This document shows, in pieces, positions 28,924 to 32,000 of a stretch of 32,000 nt of DNA (the first letter of the stretch is position 1; each line of letters starts with the position of its first letter). The position numbers were made by a program, and so were the translations under genes. Below the pieces are notes generated by a model, which saw nothing but the letters and a program-made list of their open reading frames with translations, was not told where the DNA came from and did no database searches. The DNA lies in the NCBI RefSeq assembly GCF_000017845.1, contig NC_010546.1:3600001-3632000 (forward strand). Direction: 5' to 3'. Source of the stretch: Crocosphaera subtropica ATCC 51142. Lineage in GTDB: Bacteria; Cyanobacteriota; Cyanobacteriia; Cyanobacteriales; Microcystaceae.

Positions 28924-30429
28924 TTAAGGCAACCATTGAGGACGAAAACCAACTAAAGGCAACTCTTTTAAATCTGCTTTACTGTTAGGATTATTGTTAA
29001 TTGGAGGAATTAATAACCATAATTTACCCCCAACAATCGCTTGACCCGAATTGTTGGTTAAATTATCCTCTAAACTGGGATCATCACTGGTTAACACTTG
29101 GTCAAATAATAAAGCTAACCCATCAGGGGATAAACTAATTTTGATGTCTTGATAATCGGATAATTTGGCTAAGGGAGTCACTTCTCCTGTTTTAATATCA
29201 AACTTAGCAAAGTAGGGTTGTTCTTGATATTCGTCTCCTTCTAATAGTTCTGTTAGTAAACAATATAATTGATTTCCTGTTGGGGTAAATTGACAATCAA
29301 TAATTGACCCCTGTGTATTTAACAGTTCCTTTTGAATTCCTTGATTATTAACATAAAATAATGAGCGTGTGTAGCGTAAATTAGCATTATCCGTATTAAA
29401 ATCAATCATTGCTGCTGAATTACCAGTCGGAGAAAAATCTAATAATTGACCGAATTTAGGTAAAAAGTTTAAGGGATCGGCTTCTGGTTCTAAGGGGAGG
29501 ATTCCGATTCCTTCTCCTCTCGCAACCGCTAAGGCTTGATTATCAGGAGTGATTTCAAAATCTCCCCCGGTTATCTTCAATCTTTCTGGTTTTTCTCCTT
29601 TTTTAACGATCCAGAGATCAAAGTCTGCTGGATTTTCACGATTAACCCTTTGGATAACAATCGTTTTTCCATCAGCGGACAAATCAAATTGATTATTTTG
29701 ATAGGTTTCATTATCTAGAATTTCTTCTATTTTGCCAGCAGAATTATTATTAGGGTCTTCAACTCCATTATTCACCCCAGTGGTAACCGTATAAAGCTTT
29801 AATTGTCGCAAGCCATCAATTCCTAAACCCTTCTCAGACGCAGAAAATAAAATGCGATCGCCTTGGGGATAAAATTCAAAATTCATCACCACTAAATCCG
29901 ATGGCGTTAAAATCTTTTTATGTTGTTGGGTGATGTTATAAAAAACAAGTCTTCCTTGTTCTTCCCCTTGGGTTCCAATGTAAGCTAAAGCGCGATCACG
30001 ACTTTGAAAGGTTCCCACAAAGGGTTCCATTACTTGTCCTTGTTGCTTATTTTCCCTAAATCTTTCTGTAGCCTCGCTTAACTGAACTTGATAGGTTTGT
30101 CCGTAAGGAACTGGGGTTTCTAGGGTATATGCTAAGCGACGGCCAGCCCAACTTACTTTACCAGGAAGGGGAGGATTAATCACTAAATTTTTCTCAACCG
30201 TTGCTTTATCCATCGGACGATCAAAGGTTAAAATAAACGCCCTATCTTTACTGTCAACGGTTTCATTTTGCCAGCTAAAATCTTCGACTTCGGGACCTTT
30301 TCTTAAAAAGCAATTATTACCACAAAGTTTATCTCCCATGATTAAACCAGCAATGAGGAGACTAAATCCTCCTATTAACAAGACAGAGAGTTTATCAATA
30401 GGTTCTTGTAACGTAAGTTTATTCATCAT
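28924..30429 (-). CDS. Hypothetical membrane-anchored periplasmic protein with an Ig-like domain and a TolB-like beta-propeller (501 aa)
   Basis: It has an N-terminal TM segment (LSVLLIGGFSLLIAGLIMG) and an SbsA/Big_5-like segment (FDRPMDKATVEKNLVINPPLPGKVSWAGRRLAYTL). Repeated FSP/LSPDG..L propeller-like blades follow. Confidence 0.6.
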   Translation of the reverse strand: MMNKLTLQEPIDKLSVLLIGGFSLLIAGLIMGDKLCGNNCFLRKGPEVEDFSWQNETVDSKDRAFILTFDRPMDKATVEKNLVINPPLPGKVSWAGRRLAYTLETPVPYGQTYQVQLSEATERFRENKQQGQVMEPFVGTFQSRDRALAYIGTQGEEQGRLVFYNITQQHKKILTPSDLVVMNFEFYPQGDRILFSASEKGLGIDGLRQLKLYTVTTGVNNGVEDPNNNSAGKIEEILDNETYQNNQFDLSADGKTIVIQRVNRENPADFDLWIVKKGEKPERLKITGGDFEITPDNQALAVARGEGIGILPLEPEADPLNFLPKFGQLLDFSPTGNSAAMIDFNTDNANLRYTRSLFYVNNQGIQKELLNTQGSIIDCQFTPTGNQLYCLLTELLEGDEYQEQPYFAKFDIKTGEVTPLAKLSDYQDIKISLSPDGLALLFDQVLTSDDPSLEDNLTNNSGQAIVGGKLWLLIPPINNNPNSKADLKELPLVGFRPQWLP

Positions 30430-30444
30430 GTCAATTATTAATAC

Positions 30445-31272
30445 TTAATTAGAATACCCATAAGGATCATCAGGGGTAGGAATGGTCGTAATACTGTTAG
30501 CCGATAGAACTAACTGACGTTTTTGAGTGGGGGTTTCTTGCATGGTTTGAGTATCAATGGCAAGGGTTTCGGTCATCATTTCCCCTTCAATTCGTAACCA
30601 AGTATCAGGAGGATAATTGCTGCGATCGCGTTCTAATTTGACAGGAAGTCCTACGGGATAAGCATCCACAGCGCAACAACTAATAATAAAACGGGTCAAT
30701 AAGATATAATCATCAGGCAGGAGGGGAGAATGCACCACAAATCCTGTTACGTTGGCTTTTTGACCTTGATAAGCATCTGGTTCAGGATAAGCATTGAGGG
30801 TTCTGATCCAGTCAATGAGCGAACGTTCTTCTGGTTTAATGTTAACGCTAAAGCTTTGGGTTTCTCTTTGGGTGATGGGTAAAGAGTCTGACACCCCTCT
30901 TTGTAAGGCCACTTGACTATCAAAAATGGTCGGAGGAATAGTTAAACCGGCGATCGCAGCAATAATCAACAAACAACTGCCCCATCCTGGGGGAAAAATA
31001 CTGATATGTTGCACCGTTTCCCCATTATTTCCTTTTTGACGTAAGCTTTGAATCCATAACCACGTTTTCACACCTCCGAGAATGATGAGGAAGATGCTAG
31101 TAACAAAAACCAGCAAAAAATAATTAGGATGAATCAATAGTTTAAGTTGACCCGTTACCCAGGATTTGAAGAGTAATGCCCCCCAAGCGAGAATAGCTAA
31201 GATATCTAACCCTGGTAAGAGAAATTTTAACTTAGGGGAGGGTTTTAGTTTGGATAGTACATTCATAAACAT
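30445..31272 (-). CDS. TIGR03943/DUF1980-family membrane protein (275 aa)
   Basis: Two or three N-terminal TM segments precede a C-terminal domain with the characteristic SCCAVDAYPVGLPV motif. It sits directly downstream of a DUF318-type permease, which is the usual pairing. Confidence 0.7.
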   Translation of the reverse strand: MFMNVLSKLKPSPKLKFLLPGLDILAILAWGALLFKSWVTGQLKLLIHPNYFLLVFVTSIFLIILGGVKTWLWIQSLRQKGNNGETVQHISIFPPGWGSCLLIIAAIAGLTIPPTIFDSQVALQRGVSDSLPITQRETQSFSVNIKPEERSLIDWIRTLNAYPEPDAYQGQKANVTGFVVHSPLLPDDYILLTRFIISCCAVDAYPVGLPVKLERDRSNYPPDTWLRIEGEMMTETLAIDTQTMQETPTQKRQLVLSANSITTIPTPDDPYGYSN

Positions 31273-31300
31273 TATTTGACTTTTTTAAATCACAGCTATT

Positions 31301-32000
31301 TTAGAGAAAATAACTATGAAACAAAGCCAAGATAAAGGTTAACTGCGCGGCCAGTGCAAATAAATACACTATCATTCTAGGTTGAAAAATTGAAAGCATT
31401 AAACCGATGGCCTTAATATCGATCATTGGCCCAAACACCAGAAACCCTAACAGAGAACTGGTGGTAAAGGTTGAGGCAAAGGATAAAGCAAAAAAAGCAT
31501 CCACCGTTGAACAGATAGAAACAATGGCGGCTAATAGCATCATAGCCAGGATAGAACTAATCGTCCCTTGTCCCAAACTCAAAACAATTTCACGGGGAAC
31601 AAACACTTGGAGACAAGCTGCGATCGCACTGCCTAAAATTAACATTCCCCCTAATTCTCGTAGTTCTTGGGTGACGTTTTCGATGAACAATTTTAAGCGT
31701 CTTCCCATCACTGATGGCTGATCCCTGGTTAGGGTTAAAGTGGCCGCTGACATTTCATCCAGTCGCATCGGACCGTTCCCCGTTCCCAGTAAAAAGGTCC
31801 CGGACTGTAATAACATAGATTCTTTTAAATTAGGTTCTTGTTTTCTCGAACGGGCAAATCTCGGTTGACGGGATAACTGGGTGATCCGTTGTGCTAACAG
31901 AGGTTGTAACATAGGCCGGGGATCTTTCTGCACACTAAAAATACAACCAATGGTAATAGCAATGATCAGAGAAAAGAGAATTCGATAAAAGACGATTTCT
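31301..32000 (-). CDS. Predicted permease (DUF318/ArsP-like), with its 5' end beyond the right window edge
   Basis: The ORF track starts it at a GTG (31933). My translation of the same frame is open upstream all the way to position 32000 (...EIVFYRILFSLIIAITIGCIFSVQKDPRP...), so the true start lies outside the window. The C-terminal half is polytopic. Confidence 0.7.
   Translation of the reverse strand, partial: EIVFYRILFSLIIAITIGCIFSVQKDPRPMLQPLLAQRITQLSRQPRFARSRKQEPNLKESMLLQSGTFLLGTGNGPMRLDEMSAATLTLTRDQPSVMGRRLKLFIENVTQELRELGGMLILGSAIAACLQVFVPREIVLSLGQGTISSILAMMLLAAIVSICSTVDAFFALSFASTFTTSSLLGFLVFGPMIDIKAIGLMLSIFQPRMIVYLFALAAQLTFILALFHSYFL

Noticed and set aside
1-32000. GCGATCGC palindromes considered as a possible novel repeat or restriction-related signal
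   Set aside because: This is the well-known HIP1 element of cyanobacterial genomes. It is useful for taxonomic placement but is not novel.
1-32000. Search for tRNA/rRNA genes, CRISPR arrays, transposases/IS ends, toxin-antitoxin or defence operons, and type I secretion components (ABC-MFP-TolC)
   Set aside because: I saw no T-loop-like GGTTCGAATCC motifs, no regularly spaced direct repeats, and no transposase or integrase-like ORFs. The only ABC protein (25874-26854) is an ABC-2-type ATPase without the membrane or C39 domains of T1SS exporters. The exporter for the RTX-tailed phosphatases must therefore be encoded elsewhere.

Overview
This is a chromosomal segment from a cyanobacterium. The evidence is psbA/D1, leuC, at least 20 HIP1 palindromes (GCGATCGC) and STRR-like heptamer repeats. 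A unicellular Cyanothece/Crocosphaera-like organism is only a guess. The window has three parts.

(1) Positions 1-17739 form a dense block of four organophosphate-hydrolase genes. They are a purple-acid-phosphatase-like metallophosphoesterase (cut by the left edge), a PhoA-type alkaline phosphatase, and two giant fusion proteins of 1976 aa and 2056 aa. Together the four genes carry about ten phosphoesterase modules: metallophosphatase, PhoA, 2x atypical AP-like, GDPD, 2x phytase-like, EEP, beta-propeller phytase and PhoD-like. None of the four has an N-terminal signal peptide. Three of them share one homologous RTX-type Ca-binding C-terminal cassette. This block is the most interesting feature of the window.

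(2) Positions 17957-23905 are an AT-rich, co-directional run of genes. They encode a 4x EF-hand protein, a small membrane protein, an animal-type three-domain protein-arginine deiminase (PAD) with intact catalytic motifs, a GltS Na+/glutamate symporter and a cyanophycinase-like S51 peptidase.

(3) Positions 24075-32000 hold housekeeping genes. They are psbA (Q130 form, with a clear promoter and terminator), a ureidoglycolate-lyase-like cupin, an orphan ABC ATPase, leuC, and a permease/TIGR03943/periplasmic beta-propeller operon.

I saw no rRNA, tRNA, CRISPR array, transposase or recognisable defence genes. All domain calls come from reading the supplied translations against remembered family motifs, and no searches were run.
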